From the NCBI GenBank assembly GCA_002269645.1, contig NIVC01001913.1, positions 158,537-222,536 on the forward strand: a stretch of 64,000 bases of DNA. The letters are read 5' to 3'. The position numbers and the translations under genes are program-made. The notes under the pieces were generated by a model. That model was not told the origin of the DNA and did no database searches. It saw only the letters and a program-made list of their open reading frames with translations. The stretch comes from Macrostomum lignano (Eukaryota). This document shows positions 39,806-52,335 of the stretch, in pieces (position 1 is the stretch's first letter; every line of letters begins with the position of its first letter).

Positions 39806-39889
39806 GTTGGCGCCTCGAATCTGAGCCCGATTTTGAATAAAATACCCAAAGTTTATGGCAAAGCCCAATACACCACACCCAATAACAAA

Positions 39890-41357
39890 AAACCAAAACC
39901 CAATACCTAATACCCAATACCCAATACTCAACACCCAAATACCCCAATACCAATACCCAATACCCAATACCCAATAGCCACGACCCAATACCCAACACCC
40001 AACACCCAACACCCAATACCCAATACCCAACACCCAACACCCAATACCCAACACCCAACACCCAATACCCAATACCCAATACCCAACACCCAACACCCAA
40101 CACCCAACACCCAATACCCAATACCCAGCACCCAATACCCAACACCCAACACCCAATACCCAACACCCAACACCCAACACCCAAAACCCAATACCCAACA
40201 CCCAACACCCAATACCCAATACCCAATACCCAACACCCAATACCCAACACCCAATACCCAACACCCAATACCCAATACCCAATACCCAATAGCCACGACC
40301 CAATACCCAATACCCAATAGCCAACACCCAATACCCAATACCCAATACCCAACACCCAATACCCAATACCCAACACCCAATACCCAACACCCAATACCCA
40401 ACACCCAATACCCAACACCCAATACCCAACACCCAATACCCAACACCCAATACCCAACACCCAATACCCAATACCCAATACCCAACACCCAATACCCAAC
40501 ACCCAATACCCAACACCCAATACCCAATACCCAATACCCAACACCCAATACCCAACACCCAATACCCAATACCCAACACCCAACACCCAATACCCAATAC
40601 CCAATACCCAATACCCAATACCCAATACCCAACACCCAACACCCAATACCCAATACCCAATACCCAACACCCAACACCCAATACCCAACACCCAATACCC
40701 AACACCCAATACCCAACACCCAATACCCAACACCCAACACCCAACACCCAATACCCAATACCCAACACCCAACACCCAACACCCAATACCCAATACCCAA
40801 CACCCAACACCCAACACCCAATACCCAACACCCAACACCCAATACCCAATACCCAATACCCAACACCCAATACCCAACACCCAATACCCAACACCCAACA
40901 CCCAATACCCAATACCCAACACCCAACACCCAACACCCAATACCCAATACCCAACACCCAACACCCAACACCCAACACCCAATACCCAATACCCAGCACC
41001 CAACACCCAACACCCAATACCCAACACCCAACACCCAACACCCAAAACCCAATACCCAATACCCAATACCCAACACCCAACACCCAATACCCAATACCCA
41101 AAACCCAATACCCAATACCCAACACCCAACACCCAATACCCAACACCCAACACCCAATACCCAACACCTAATACCCAATACCCAACACCCAATACCCAAC
41201 ACCCAATACCCAACACCCAATACCCAATACCCAATACCCAACACCCAACACCCAATACCCAACACCCAATACCCAACACCCAATACCCAATACCCAATAC
41301 CCAATACCCAACACCCAATACCCAACACCCAACACCCAATACCCAACACCCAATACC
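39890..41357. repeat. 7-bp satellite (CCCAATA/CCCAACA)n, intron 6
   Basis: Direct reading; the minus strand has GGG tracts every 7 nt. Confidence 0.95.
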
Positions 41358-41400
41358 CTGTCCCTTCATTCAAAACCGGGCTCTCCCCTCCGCCTCACAG

Positions 41401-41766
41401 CTGAACTGGAAGGCCGCCCAGCAGGCCACGCCGGAGCTGCTGGCAGGCCGGACTCCGGTGCCGCTAACCGTGAACTCTGGCGCGGCCATCCCGGTGCAGG
41501 TGTCGCAGGAGCAGGACACAGACGCCGGCTGGAGCGCGTCCGAGCAGGAGCGCCGGGTGAGTTCGCCGGACTACGCCGCCTTCTACCGGCAGTTCGAGCA
41601 GCGCTACCGCCTGCTGGCCAGCTGCCTTCGACTGCCGGCCTCGCAGCAGCCGCTGCCTCTGCCGCTAGCTGTTGAGTTCAGCGAGGACTCGACGTTCCGC
41701 CAGGCGCTGCAGCGAGTCGGCGGCAGCTTCGGCGGCTTCGGCGGCCACGCGTCGTCCGACAGTTGA
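41401..41766 (+). CDS. Orphan 7-exon gene, last exon
   Basis: Acceptor ctcccctccgcctcacag|; LNWKAAQQ...YRQFEQRYRLLASCLRLP...SSDS*. The seven exons total 1761 nt = 586 aa plus stop. Confidence 0.78.
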   Translation: MNWKAAQQATPELLAGRTPVPLTVNSGAAIPVQVSQEQDTDAGWSASEQERRVSSPDYAAFYRQFEQRYRLLASCLRLPASQQPLPLPLAVEFSEDSTFRQALQRVGGSFGGFGGHASSDS

Positions 41767-42069
41767 TTTTGTTTTACTTTGCATCTCTTTTTGAATTGGA
41801 TTTCAGTTGCGTCTTGAAGAGAAAAAAAATATATACACAAACCCATTCGGGAGCTCTTATTTGCACTCGGTTTTAAAATCCAGAAGGCAATTTGCAATTT
41901 AATTTTTTGAGTGTGTACGTATCTGAGCTGACTGATTATGAGAAGCCGCTGATTGTGAGTCATGCTTGTGCATGCTCAGGGGTCAGGGGAATGGCCATGG
42001 CTGCTTGCCTCATCTCTGGACCCGGGTTGACTGCCCACCTTTAATTATCTTATTAACCATTTGGTTTGC

Positions 42070-42750
42070 TCAAAATAGCAACATAAGAGTTATCATTTAG
42101 TGTGCTCAAAATAGCAACATAAGAGTTATCATTTAGTGTGCTCAAAATAGCAACATAAGAGTTATCATTTAGTGTGCTCAAAATAGCAACATAAGAGTAT
42201 CATTTAGTGTGCTCAAAATAACATGAGAGTATCATTTGGTGTGCTCAAAATAACATGAGATTACTATTTAGTGTGCTCAAAATAGCAACATAAGAGTATC
42301 ATCTAGTGTGCTCAAAATAACATGAGAGTATCATTTAGTGTGCTCAAAATAGCAACATAAGAGTATCATTTAGTGTGCTCAAAATAACATGAGAGTATCA
42401 TTTGGTGTGCTCAAAATAACATGAGAGTATCATTTAGTGTGCTCAAAATAGCAACATAAGAGTTATCATTTAGTGTGCTCAAAATAGCAACATAAGAGTA
42501 TCATCTAGTGTGCTCAAAATAACATGAGAGTATCATTTAGTGTGCTCAAAATAGCAACATAAGAGTTATCATTTAGTGTGCTCAAAATAGCAACATAAGA
42601 GTATCATTAAGTGTGCTCAAAATAACATGAGAGTATCCTTTTGTGTGCTCAAAATAACATGAGAGTATCATTTAGTGTACTCAAAATAACATGAGAGTAT
42701 CATTTAGTGTGCTCAAAATAACATGAGAGTATCATTTAGTGTACTCAAAT
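42070..42750. repeat. 32-36 bp AT-rich minisatellite
   Basis: Unit approx. GTATCATTTAGTGTGCTCAAAATA(GC)AACAT(A/G)AGA. Confidence 0.9.
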
Positions 42751-43089
42751 CACATTGCGACAATCGACTTTGCCCAAAAAACATTTACCGAGATAGGAAC
42801 TGCAAATATTTTAGATTTTTAGATTCATAGATTTTTCAGGGTTATCTTATTAGCAATACAGAAGTCATATAATATCTTATAGTTCACAAGAAGTTTCGAA
42901 TATCCTAGATTATATATATACTCATCGGCGAGTTTTGTCCCAGCTCGTGAAATACAAAAAAAATTCTTCACTTCAACTTTCTACTGAACAGAAGTAGTTT
43001 ACACGCAAATTTTTGATTAATTTTCTTGGAAACGGATTTTCCTATCCTTCTGCCAAAATCGGCCGCGATGGCTTTAAGCTAAAAGTGAA

Positions 43090-43520
43090 TCAAAAGTGCA
43101 GATAGATCTGGGACATTTGCAGCGGCTCCCACTGGCCCGTGGCGCCGAACCAGCCCATGTACTGGATGTCGCCAATATCGCCATTACGATCGAAAATGCC
43201 GTTGGGATTGGCCTCGCTGCAGTTGTCTCCGGTGCCGAACCACCAGCCGCTGTTGCCGTAAGCCTGCGAGCAGGCCTGGCCTGGCGAGCCCACTGGATAA
43301 TCGAAGGTGGCGAACTCGGCACCTCGGCTGGCCAGCATTGAGTCTCCGAAATTGACGGAGCCCTTTTGGTACTTGGAGTAGTTCATGGCGTACCCTTCAG
43401 TTGGGCCCTTCACGGTGAAGTCGAGGTACTTGCATTTGTAATATTTTCCGTCAATACCGCTCAGAACGGACATCGACACGCTCACATTTCCACTTGTCAG
43501 CTGATGGAGTCTGTCCAGCC
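43090..43520 (-). CDS. Fibrinogen-related (FReD/FBG) domain, last exon
   Basis: Phase-1 acceptor ccgcag|GG; GLDRLHQLT, FGDSM, FATFD, CSQAYGNSGWWF, CSEANPNG, MGW; stop TGA 43092-43090. Confidence 0.9.
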
Positions 43521-43563
43521 CTGCGGCGCGGTGATCGGCCATGCTGAATTGCTGCTACTGAGT

Positions 43564-44745
43564 ACCTGATACCCGATACCCGATACCCGATACCCGATAC
43601 CCGATACCCGATACCCAACACCCGATACCCGATACCCGATACCCAACACCCGATACCCGAAACCCGATACCCGATACCCAACACCCGATACCCGATACCC
43701 GATACCCGATACCCGATACCCGATACCCAACACCCGATACCCGATACCCGATACCCGATACCCGATACCCGATACCCAACACCCGATACCCGATTACCGA
43801 TACCCAACACCCGATACCCGATACCCGATACCCAACACCCGATACCCGATACCCGATACCCGATACCCGATACCCGATACCCGATACCCAACACCCGATA
43901 CCCGATACCCGATACCCGATACCCGATACCCAACACCCGATACCCGATACCTGATACCCGATACCCGATACCCAACACCCGATACCCGATACCTGATACC
44001 CGATACCCGATACCCAACACCCAATACCCGATACCCGAAACCCGATATTCGATACCCAAGACCCGATACCCGATACCCGATACCCGATACCCGATACCCA
44101 ACAACCGATACCCGATACCCGATACCCAACACCCGATACCCGATACCCGATACCCAACACCCGATACCCGATACCCGATACCCGATACCCAACACCCGAT
44201 ACCCGATACCCGATACCCGATACCCGATACCCGATACCCGATACCCAACACCCGATACCCGATACCTGATACCCGATACCCGATACCCAACACCCGATAC
44301 CCTATACCTGATACCCGATACCCGATACCCGATACCCGATACCCGATACCCGATACCCGATACCCAACACCCGATACCCGATACCTGATACCCGATACCC
44401 GATACCCAACACCCGATACCCTATACCTGATACCCGATACCCGATACCCAACACCCGATACCCGATACCCGAAACCCGATACCCGATACCCGACACCCGA
44501 TATCTAAAACCCGATACCCGCGATACCCAACACCCGATACCTAAAACCCGATACCCGCGATACCCAACACCCGATACCAAAAACCCGATACCCAATACTT
44601 TTTACTCGATACCCGATACCCGGCCGATACCCTGTATCCGATACCCTGTACCGGATACCCTGTACCCGATACCCTGTACCCGATACCCAATACCCTGTAC
44701 CCGATTCCCGATGCCCAATACCCGATACCTGATAACCGGTACCCA
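43564..44745. repeat. 7-bp satellite (CCCGATA/CCCAACA)n in the FReD intron
   Basis: Direct reading. Confidence 0.95.
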
Positions 44746-44934
44746 ACATCCAAATTTACCCATTTAAGGCAGTTGAAGCATGCTGTTGGACGCAATAAAT
44801 GTGGTTCATTGGTCTGTGATAAAGCTTCTTACATTGCTTGCGATGTAACTACAAATACTTTGAAAATCTATAAAGACAATTTCAAATCTAGAGGCAATAA
44901 GAAGATAAGAGCAATTCCTCGTGACAACTCTCAC

Positions 44935-45057
44935 CTAGCCAGAAATTCGTTTTGTCGCCGAATCCATTGACGTAGTCAGACCAGCTTCGCTCGAAGCTCA
45001 CGGCGCTATTATAGCGTTTCTGCACCAGGCACTTGGTCGAATTCGTGGGCTCGGATC
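44935..45057 (-). CDS. FReD domain, N-terminal exon
   Basis: Acceptor ttttctcag|GA; LVQKRYNSAVSFERSWSDYVNGFGDKTNFWLG; donor G|GTGAGA; phase 1 to phase 1. Confidence 0.9.
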
Positions 45058-45194
45058 CTGAGAAAATAGATTTTTAAATCATAGATGGAAACAGAATAAA
45101 GCATACGGATGAACCGCTTCAATAGTGAGTGGCACTAAATTCATTTGGCCGTCTGCTAGTGTTTTTCAGAGAAATTTGCGCACTTCTCCAAGGA

Positions 45195-45742
45195 ACATTT
45201 GGGCCCGGCCATAGACTACAGAAACCTATTGATTCCCTTCTTGGGTCCAGCCATAGACTACAGAAACCTATTGATTCCCCGCTTGGACCCGGCCATAGAC
45301 TACAGAAACCTATTGATTCCCCGCTTGGACCCGGCCATAGACTACAGAAACCTATTTATTCCCTTCTTGGGTCCAGCCATAGACTACAGAAACCTATTGA
45401 TTCCCCGCTTGGACCCGGCCATAGACTACAGAAACCTATTGATTCCCCGCTTGGACCCGGCCATAGACTACAGAAACCTATTGATTCCCCGCTTGGACCC
45501 GGCCATAGACTACTGAAACCTACTGATTCCCCGCTTGGGTCCGGCCATAGACTACAGAAACCTATTTATTCCCCACTGGGACCCGGGCCATAGACTACAG
45601 AAACCTATTTATTCCCCACTGGGACCCGGGCCATAGACTACAGAAACCTATTTATTCCCCACTGGGACCCGGGCCATAGACTACAGAAACCTATTTATTC
45701 CCCACTGGGACCCGGGCCATAGACTACAGAAACCTATTTATT
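45195..45742. repeat. ~42-bp minisatellite in the PAN-FReD intron
   Basis: Unit approx. GGCCATAGACTACAGAAACCTATTGATTCCCCGCTTGGACCC. Confidence 0.92.
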
Positions 45743-45826
45743 TGGAGTTGTTTTTCGGCGTCCTGCTGCTTCAGCCATTCACGAGTTCAAAGTAAAAAAT
45801 GCATGTACAAGTGTAAACAATGTTAC

Positions 45827-46048
45827 CAGATTTTCGGTACAAGGTGGAATTCTCCGGTAGGTAGTTGAAGCAGCCATCCCGGCTAGTTGACATCTCGCAC
45901 TCCGATGTGGAGTCGTTGAATCGAAACGAGCGGCAGGTCGGACTGGCCAGGCATTTCAACACGCAGTCGGACTTTGAGACGGTGATGGAAGAGGGGGAGT
46001 CCACGCAGGCGCAGGTTGTCTGCGGCACAGCTTCGAAATCGGCCGAGG
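45827..46048 (-). CDS. PAN/apple domain exon of the PAN-FReD protein (5' end of gene unresolved)
   Basis: Acceptor cacttttccgcag|; DCVLKCLASPTCRSFRFNDSTSECEMS (PAN cysteine pattern); phase-1 donor G|GTAACA matches the FReD exon. Confidence 0.78.
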
Positions 46049-46279
46049 CTGCGGAAAAGTGAGCATAGTTTAAATATGCGAATTCGAAGTCGTTAAGCGT
46101 GGAAACGACGGAAAGGCCCACCAATGCTGCTTTACCACAAAAAGTCGATGCCTTTCTTAAGAAACAGAGAAATTCCTAAAGGTAGTTGAAGCAAATTTTA
46201 GTTTTCATTTTTGTTTTTGTTTTAAATTTCTGCTTCAGGATTGGTATATCACAGTCGAGCACATGCACCTGTATTATTC

Positions 46280-46385
46280 TATGCAGTCGGGGGTTCGATT
46301 CTCGACTCACTCAGAACAATTTGTGTCATTGAGCAAGCCAAGTAACTCTGCACATTGCTTCAGTTCACCCCAGCTGTCATTCTAT
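46280..46385 (+). mobile_element. Degenerate tRNA-SINE head with CORE-like domain
   Basis: B-box-like GGTTCGATTCT, then TGTGTCATTGAGCAAGCCAAGTAACTC...TTCAGTTCACCCCAGCTGT, resembling the CORE-SINE consensus as recalled. Confidence 0.45.
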
Positions 46386-47224
46386 GCACAAGTGCCATGG
46401 ACAATAAAAGTTCATCAAGCTATTTTTCATCGAATGCTACCTGAGACTGATAAGCAAGCAAAGTCGTGACGAAATTTTAGCTGAGCCCGTCTCTGTAGTG
46501 TGTCTTTCTAGAAGAATTTTATAGATTTCTCGAATCAGTTTGTCTATGGCCAAACCACATTCACATAACGCTCAAAACGCAAAGCCTTGCGAAATTCGTT
46601 CAGAAACACGCAAGTGCGCGTATTCTAAGCGTTGCCGTTCTACAATCGTTCTTTTTTAGCTATTTTTATGACAAATGAAGACTTCTCAACTTACCAGAGA
46701 TGCAGTGGATGAGCAGCAGAGCAGAGAATAGGGCCAGCATGTTGCAAGCAGAGTTACAATTACCGCGCAAGCCAGAGGTGTATCTGATTTTCAGGGTGGC
46801 TTTCATTTATAGCTGCTTCCATGAAACTAGTGTAAGATCATTGCTGCTGATTTGCCTGCTTATTGACTTTGCAATCTTCTCTATTTTTGAGCTGTTGTTG
46901 CTCCTGGCAACCGGAACAGCAGGAAATTGCTGTCGGGTGTGAGAACGCGAGTTAAAATCATGGGGACCACGGGTTAAAAGACGAATACCGATGTAAAAGA
47001 CTTGTTTGAACTGACTTGTTAGCTTTGGGAGAAAAGCTGTCTCACTCCCGGACTACCTTGGCTATCTGACAGCCTCACCAGCTTTAAAAAACCAATCGAC
47101 ATCCTGCTGAAAGCTTCTAGAAATTTCCCTGCAATTACGAGCGTAGAAGACAGACAAGCCAAGTAGAGAAAGAGGAGTCGGAGAATTTGGCTGAAATTCA
47201 AATTACTACGTAGACAAGCAGTAA

Positions 47225-47555
<331 letters not shown>

Positions 47556-48559
47556 GCAAATAAGAAAAACAGAGGCCGGGTTAATTATATTTGCATCAGC
47601 ACGGAGGCGCGCAGTCCCGCGACCGGGTAGCAAAGCTGAGCTCCAGGCAAAAAAGCATAGGGTATATTGCCTGCTATTTTTCGGTTGTAATTTATTTAAC
47701 TTAATTCTTTAGACATACAGTATGCATACACGCTCAGTTACTAATAGTAGCAGTAGTAGTGTATTTCTCACTCAGTAAGCAGGCATTTTCAGAAAAATCG
47801 CGGCTAGTGACACAAAGATGAAATTTGCAATTAAAACAATTATAAAAATTTCAGCTTTTTTCAACGCCATGATATGAGGGTCTGTATTGAATTAATAGAA
47901 TAACTGTTAAATTAGGCAGCAATTTACAAGCAGCATAGATCAGCGGTCGGGCTGCATGACTAAAAAAGTCACACTGCTTATAGTGCCGTCATACACTACT
48001 GGCAGCCTATGTTTAGCATTTATTATTACTACATAGATCAGAACGGTAGCGACGAATTAGAAGATCACTTTAATAGCTTTTCGTTTTATCTGACTTTAAA
48101 ATCACCTTTAGAATAAATTTAGCACCTTGTAATGAGTGTACAGTAATGGAAAATGTTGAATAATAAATAAAAATTGTTTTAACTTTTAACAATCACAAAA
48201 ATACAGTCGAAATAAAACTTAAATCGATTCAACAAAAGGCCGTTCCGTTTTCAATTAATTTAAAAGCATGCAAAAATGGCTGCAGTAAATATTGGGCCAA
48301 AAATTTCTAACCAAGCACGCAAAAAGGCTTTTCTAGCTCATATTCAGCGGGCAGCATGTTCTTACAAAATCTTGATGGATACAAGCAGGTGCATCAAAGG
48401 TTTTTATCCAAAATTCTAAAAAAATAGCACTAAAAAGGCAATAGGGAAACAGAGGCACGCTTTGGGAAGAGAATGGTTGGCTGATGAATAAAACACTAGA
48501 TAAAAGGGCTTGACGATGATATTTCTAATTTACAGTGTTGAACAACAGTCATTAAATGG

Positions 48560-48750
48560 TTACACCCACCTCAATCCATATCCTAACCCACTAGCCGCGC
48601 TGCGACACCCACCTCACTCCTTTTCCTTACCCACTAGCCGCGCTGCAACACCCACCTCACTCCATATCCTTATCCAGTAGCCGCGTTGCGACACCCACCT
48701 CACTTCTTTTCCTTACCCACTAGCCGCGCTGCGACACCCACCTCACTCCA
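48560..48750. repeat. 43-bp minisatellite, copy 1 (3' of the FERM-SPRY stop codon)
   Basis: Unit CACCCACCTCACTCCATTTTCTAACCCACTAGCCGCGCTGCGA, more diverged than copy 2. Confidence 0.85.
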
Positions 48751-49039
48751 TTTGTCTCACTCGCATCTAGCCATAATATGACATACACTTCATTTTTGCA
48801 GGCTTTTAAATTTACTACACGTTTGAGCTCAAATAATCCTGGCCTTCATTCGCCAAAATACACGAGCTAGTTAGAGTAACCGCAGCCTATATATTACTAA
48901 TCCATAGAAATATAAAAAGGCAGTTGTCAATGGCTGGTCAGAAGTATTCAATGGCTGCAAGAAATGTTTTTGTTAAATATTTCGTAACTAGTGCGACACG
49001 CATTTAGGACCGGACAAAGGGGGAGAGCAAGAACCGCTT

Positions 49040-49174
49040 CTAGATTTCGCTCTCGTGCTTCGGAGGCGATTTCCTGGCATCGATGGTGGACATGCTGAAA
49101 TCGTTTACATTCTCGTCCATGATTTTGTCTTTTCGGCTTAGGCCGGTCTGCTCGAAGATAATGTCATTTAGAAT
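49040..49174 (-). CDS. FERM-SPRY protein, last exon (4.1 C-terminal-domain-like)
   Basis: Acceptor tttttccag|; ILNDIIFEQTGLSRKDKIMDENVNDFSMSTIDARKSPPKHESEI*; phase 0. Confidence 0.72.
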   Translation of the reverse strand: MLNDIIFEQTGLSRKDKIMDENVNDFSMSTIDARKSPPKHESEI

Positions 49175-49429
49175 CTGGAAAAAATGAGTTACAGTGGATG
49201 AGTTTCATTAGAAGTGGAACTAATAAATTAGCTTTCTCAAATCCTTTAAAAAAATCTACCATTCATAGTCATTTAACTAAGTTCATGTAGGTCCCCTTCT
49301 AGACATAGCTCGTAGAAAGACCAATACAAAAGCTATTCATATTGCCTTGGATTCTTACCAATCAGCAATGATTTGATTAAATAAAGACAACAGTCTAGCA
49401 GACATAAAAAGCTTTGCCGCGCAGCGACG

Positions 49430-49730
49430 CCTCCCTCACTCCATTTTCTAACCCACTAGCCGCGCCGCGACACCCACCTTACTCCATTTCCTACACCCAC
49501 TAGCCGCGCTGCGACACCCACCTCACTCCATTTTCTAACCCACTAGCCGCGCTGCGACACCCACCTCACTCCATTTTTTAACCCACTAGCCGCGCTGCAA
49601 TACCCACCTCACTCCATTTTCTAACCCACTAGCCGCGCTGCGACACCCACCTCACTCCATTTTCTAACCCACTAGCCGCGCTGCAATACCCACCTCACTC
49701 CATTTTCTAACCCACTAGCCGCGCGGAGAC
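49430..49730. repeat. 43-bp minisatellite, copy 2 (last intron)
   Basis: Same unit as 48560-48750. Confidence 0.9.
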
Positions 49731-49998
49731 GCTCCACTTTTCTCACCCTCGTCGAGCCACAATCAAGACAGATAAAGAATCCTTAGTCTTGGAGCGAATC
49801 GTGGTGTATTGTGGTGTTATACAGGATAAGAACACATTAAAGAATATTTTGTACTAATCTTAAGATATCTAGAAATTTATTAAGGTCAGTCTGTTAAGCT
49901 ATTCAATCAACAATGAACAGCCTGAAGCCCTGGATTGACCCGCTTGTGAAGGAGGGGTTGAACACGGTTGCCCCACGTATCCGCGCATGAAATCTTAC

Positions 49999-50091
49999 AT
50001 CGTCCTCTTCGCCGCCCTCCTCGTAGATGGCCGGATTGCGCCGGCCTGTGCGAGTCTCCTTGCGGGTCAGCTTGGATGCGCCAGACTTGAT
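49999..50091 (-). CDS. FERM-SPRY protein, 4.1-CTD-like exon
   Basis: cggcag|IKSGASKLTRKETRTGRRNPAIYEEGGEEDD|GTAAGA; phase 0-0; resembles 4.1 VKGG..ETRIEKR..D.D as recalled. Confidence 0.72.
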
Positions 50092-50342
50092 CTGCCGAAT
50101 TGGAGATTTGCGATGAGTTGAAGCCAATTTAAAAAGCTTAATTTCAAGTAAGTTTCAAGGCTCCTTTGTCACCTGGGGTCTGGGCCACCTGATGGATGAC
50201 TCTTATCACCTGGGCCATTTGAAGGCGTTTATCATCACCTGGGCCATTTGGGTCTTATCACCTGCGCCATTTAGAAGGCGGCTTCTATCACCTGAACCCT
50301 TAACCGGACTCACTCACGTTTACAGTATCTTACTGCACTCAC

Positions 50343-50528
50343 CGACTTCTCCAAATGCTCAGACGAGGCGGCGTCGCCTTCCGGCACTGCCGGGCCGCGC
50401 GTCTCAATCACCTTGCTGGTGATCACCTGGCGGGTCTTCTTGCTGCGCACAATCTTCTTCGTGACAGTGTTGCCGTGCTCGTCAACGTACGTCACTATTT
50501 CCTCCTCGGGCTCGCCGACTTGCTCGCT
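50343..50528 (-). CDS. FERM-SPRY protein, exon
   Basis: atcgcag|SEQVGEPEEEIVTYVDEHGNTVTKKIVRSKK...EHLEKS|GTGAGT; phase 0-0. Confidence 0.75.
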
Positions 50529-50566
50529 CTGCGATAGGATGGCAGTGGATTGCTAATCTAGCCAAT

Positions 50567-50730
50567 ACATGGATGCAGAAATAGAATGGATTGCTAATCT
50601 AGCCAATACATGGATGCAGAAATAGAATGGATTGCTAATCTAGCCAATACATGGATGCAGAAATAGAATGGATTGCTAATCTAGCCAATACATGGATGCA
50701 GAAATAGAATGGATTGCTAATCTAGTCAAC
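50567..50730. repeat. 41-bp minisatellite (intronic)
   Basis: Unit GGATTGCTAATCTAGCCAATACATGGATGCAGAAATAGAAT. Confidence 0.9.
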
Positions 50731-51180
50731 ATGGACGAACCGATAGACAGGTTTCTAGCCAATATGGATAAAAAAACAGAATGAGTAAGATAATATGGAA
50801 CATATGCGCCACTACATAACCAGTGACATGCATTTTATCGAATCTCCATTTAGAAAAGGATATTGCTATTTGGTTTACAGCATAATGCACTGGTGTAAAA
50901 AACTTAATGCTTGGTCAAAGGCAGCATGAGAATATCTGAATTGATAGAACTGCCCATTTCTTCCAGTTAAAAATATTGATTAATACTGTCATTTCGTTAA
51001 CTGTAATCTATATCCGTGTTGCAATGGCATACTTAAGTTTATGTTTATGTTTATGGTCATATATCAAAGGCATGCAAAAACATGCATGTCATACTCGTGT
51101 AAACATAAATATTAATAAGAATTTTCTGTTTTATACGTTTTATTTAAAGAAGACTTCAAAATTCACAATCGCCTATTTAC

Positions 51181-51267
51181 AGTAGTGACACTAATCTCCT
51201 CATTCTGCTGCTTCCGAGTCGCATCCGCTTGTTGCTGCTGCCGCTGCGATTCAACTTTTTCAACGTC
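51181..51267 (-). CDS. Candidate symmetric (cassette) exon of the FERM-SPRY gene
   Basis: gaaag|DVEKVESQRQQQQADATRKQQNEEISVTT|GTAAAT; 87 nt; phase 0-0. Confidence 0.45.
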
Positions 51268-51376
51268 CTTTCGGCGAGTATAAAGACAATCATAGTTGAA
51301 CAACAGAATAGCTAACTCAGAACTAACCTTAGTTTTCCTAAATGGAATTTAAATAGGGAAATTCAAAGCAACTGAC

Positions 51377-51520
51377 CTCGGTGCGACTCTCCAGAACCGT
51401 GACCGACTGACCCTCCGAGCCGCCAGCGTTGCCCCTCGGCTTGGGGCTGGGAGCTCGGATCTGGGGCTTGTTCTCCCTGATCATGTCGTATTTCTGGTCA
51501 ACCGCCGGTAGGTTGGAGGC
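51377..51520 (-). CDS. FERM-SPRY protein, exon
   Basis: tgcgcag|ASNLPAVDQKYDMIRENKPQ...LESRTE|GTCAGT; phase 0-0. Confidence 0.72.
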
Positions 51521-51691
51521 CTGCGCAATAGTTGAAAAATTGAGCAAGAAGAGTGAGTAGTGAGCATATTTTAAAAATACAATAGAGTTGGATAAATTAT
51601 TGTGCAGTTCAAAGAAAACAAAGAAAATAAAAAACATAAAAGCATATGTGAAATGAAGTGCTAAAGAAATCATGTGTGTCATAGCCAGTCT

Positions 51692-52335
51692 TGGGGGTAA
51701 GGAAATGGAGTGGGGTGGGTGTCTCAGCGAGGCTTGGGCGGAGTGAGGTGTTTGTTAAAGCGAGTCGAGGGGTAAGGAAATGGAGTGGGGTGGGTGTCTC
51801 AGCGAGGCTTGGGCGGAGTGAGGTGTTTGTTAAAGCGAGTCGAGGGGTAAGGAAATGGAGTGGGGTGGGTGTCTCAGCGAGGCTTGGGCGGAGTGAGGTG
51901 TTTGTTAAAGCGAGTCGAGGGGTAAGGAAATGGAGTGGGGTGGGTGTCTCAGCGAGGCTTGGGGGGAGTGAGGTGTTTGTTAAAGCGAGTCGAGGGGTAA
52001 GGAAATGGAGTGGGGTGGGTGTCTCAGCGAGGCTTGGGGGAGTGAGGTGTTTGTTAAAGCGAGTCGAGGGGTAAGGAAATGGAGTGGGGTGGGTGTCTCA
52101 GCGAGGCTTGGGGGGAGTGAGGTGTTTGTTAAAGCGAGTCGAGGGGTAAGGAAATGGAGTGGGGTGGGTGTCTCAGCGAGGCTTGGGGGGAGTGAGGTGT
52201 TTGTTAAAGCGAGTCGAGGGGTAAGGAAATGGAGTGGGGTGGGTGTCTCAGCGAGGCTTGGGGGGAGTGAGGTGTTTGTTAAAGCGAGTCGAGGGGTCAG
52301 GAAATGGAGTGGGGTGGGTGTCATAGCGAGCCTTG
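51692..52335. repeat. 75-bp minisatellite (intronic, ~8.5 copies)
   Basis: Unit begins GGGGTAAGGAAATGGAGTGGGGTGGGTGTCTCAGCGAGGCTTGGG... Confidence 0.93.

Noticed and set aside
39890-41357. Interstitial telomeric repeat
   Set aside because: The unit is TATTGGG/TGTTGGG, not TTAGGG or any telomere unit I can support.
47019-47220. Hydrophobic stretch ILRLLFLYLACLSSTLVIAG as the signal exon of the PAN-FReD gene
   Set aside because: No upstream ATG outside the microsatellite, and the donor phases do not match the preferred phase-1 acceptor.
51692-52335. CRISPR-like appearance of 30-75 bp repeats (also 54137-54602, 56625-56940, 60655-61295)
   Set aside because: The units are head-to-tail without unique spacers, there are no cas genes, and the context is eukaryotic and intronic.
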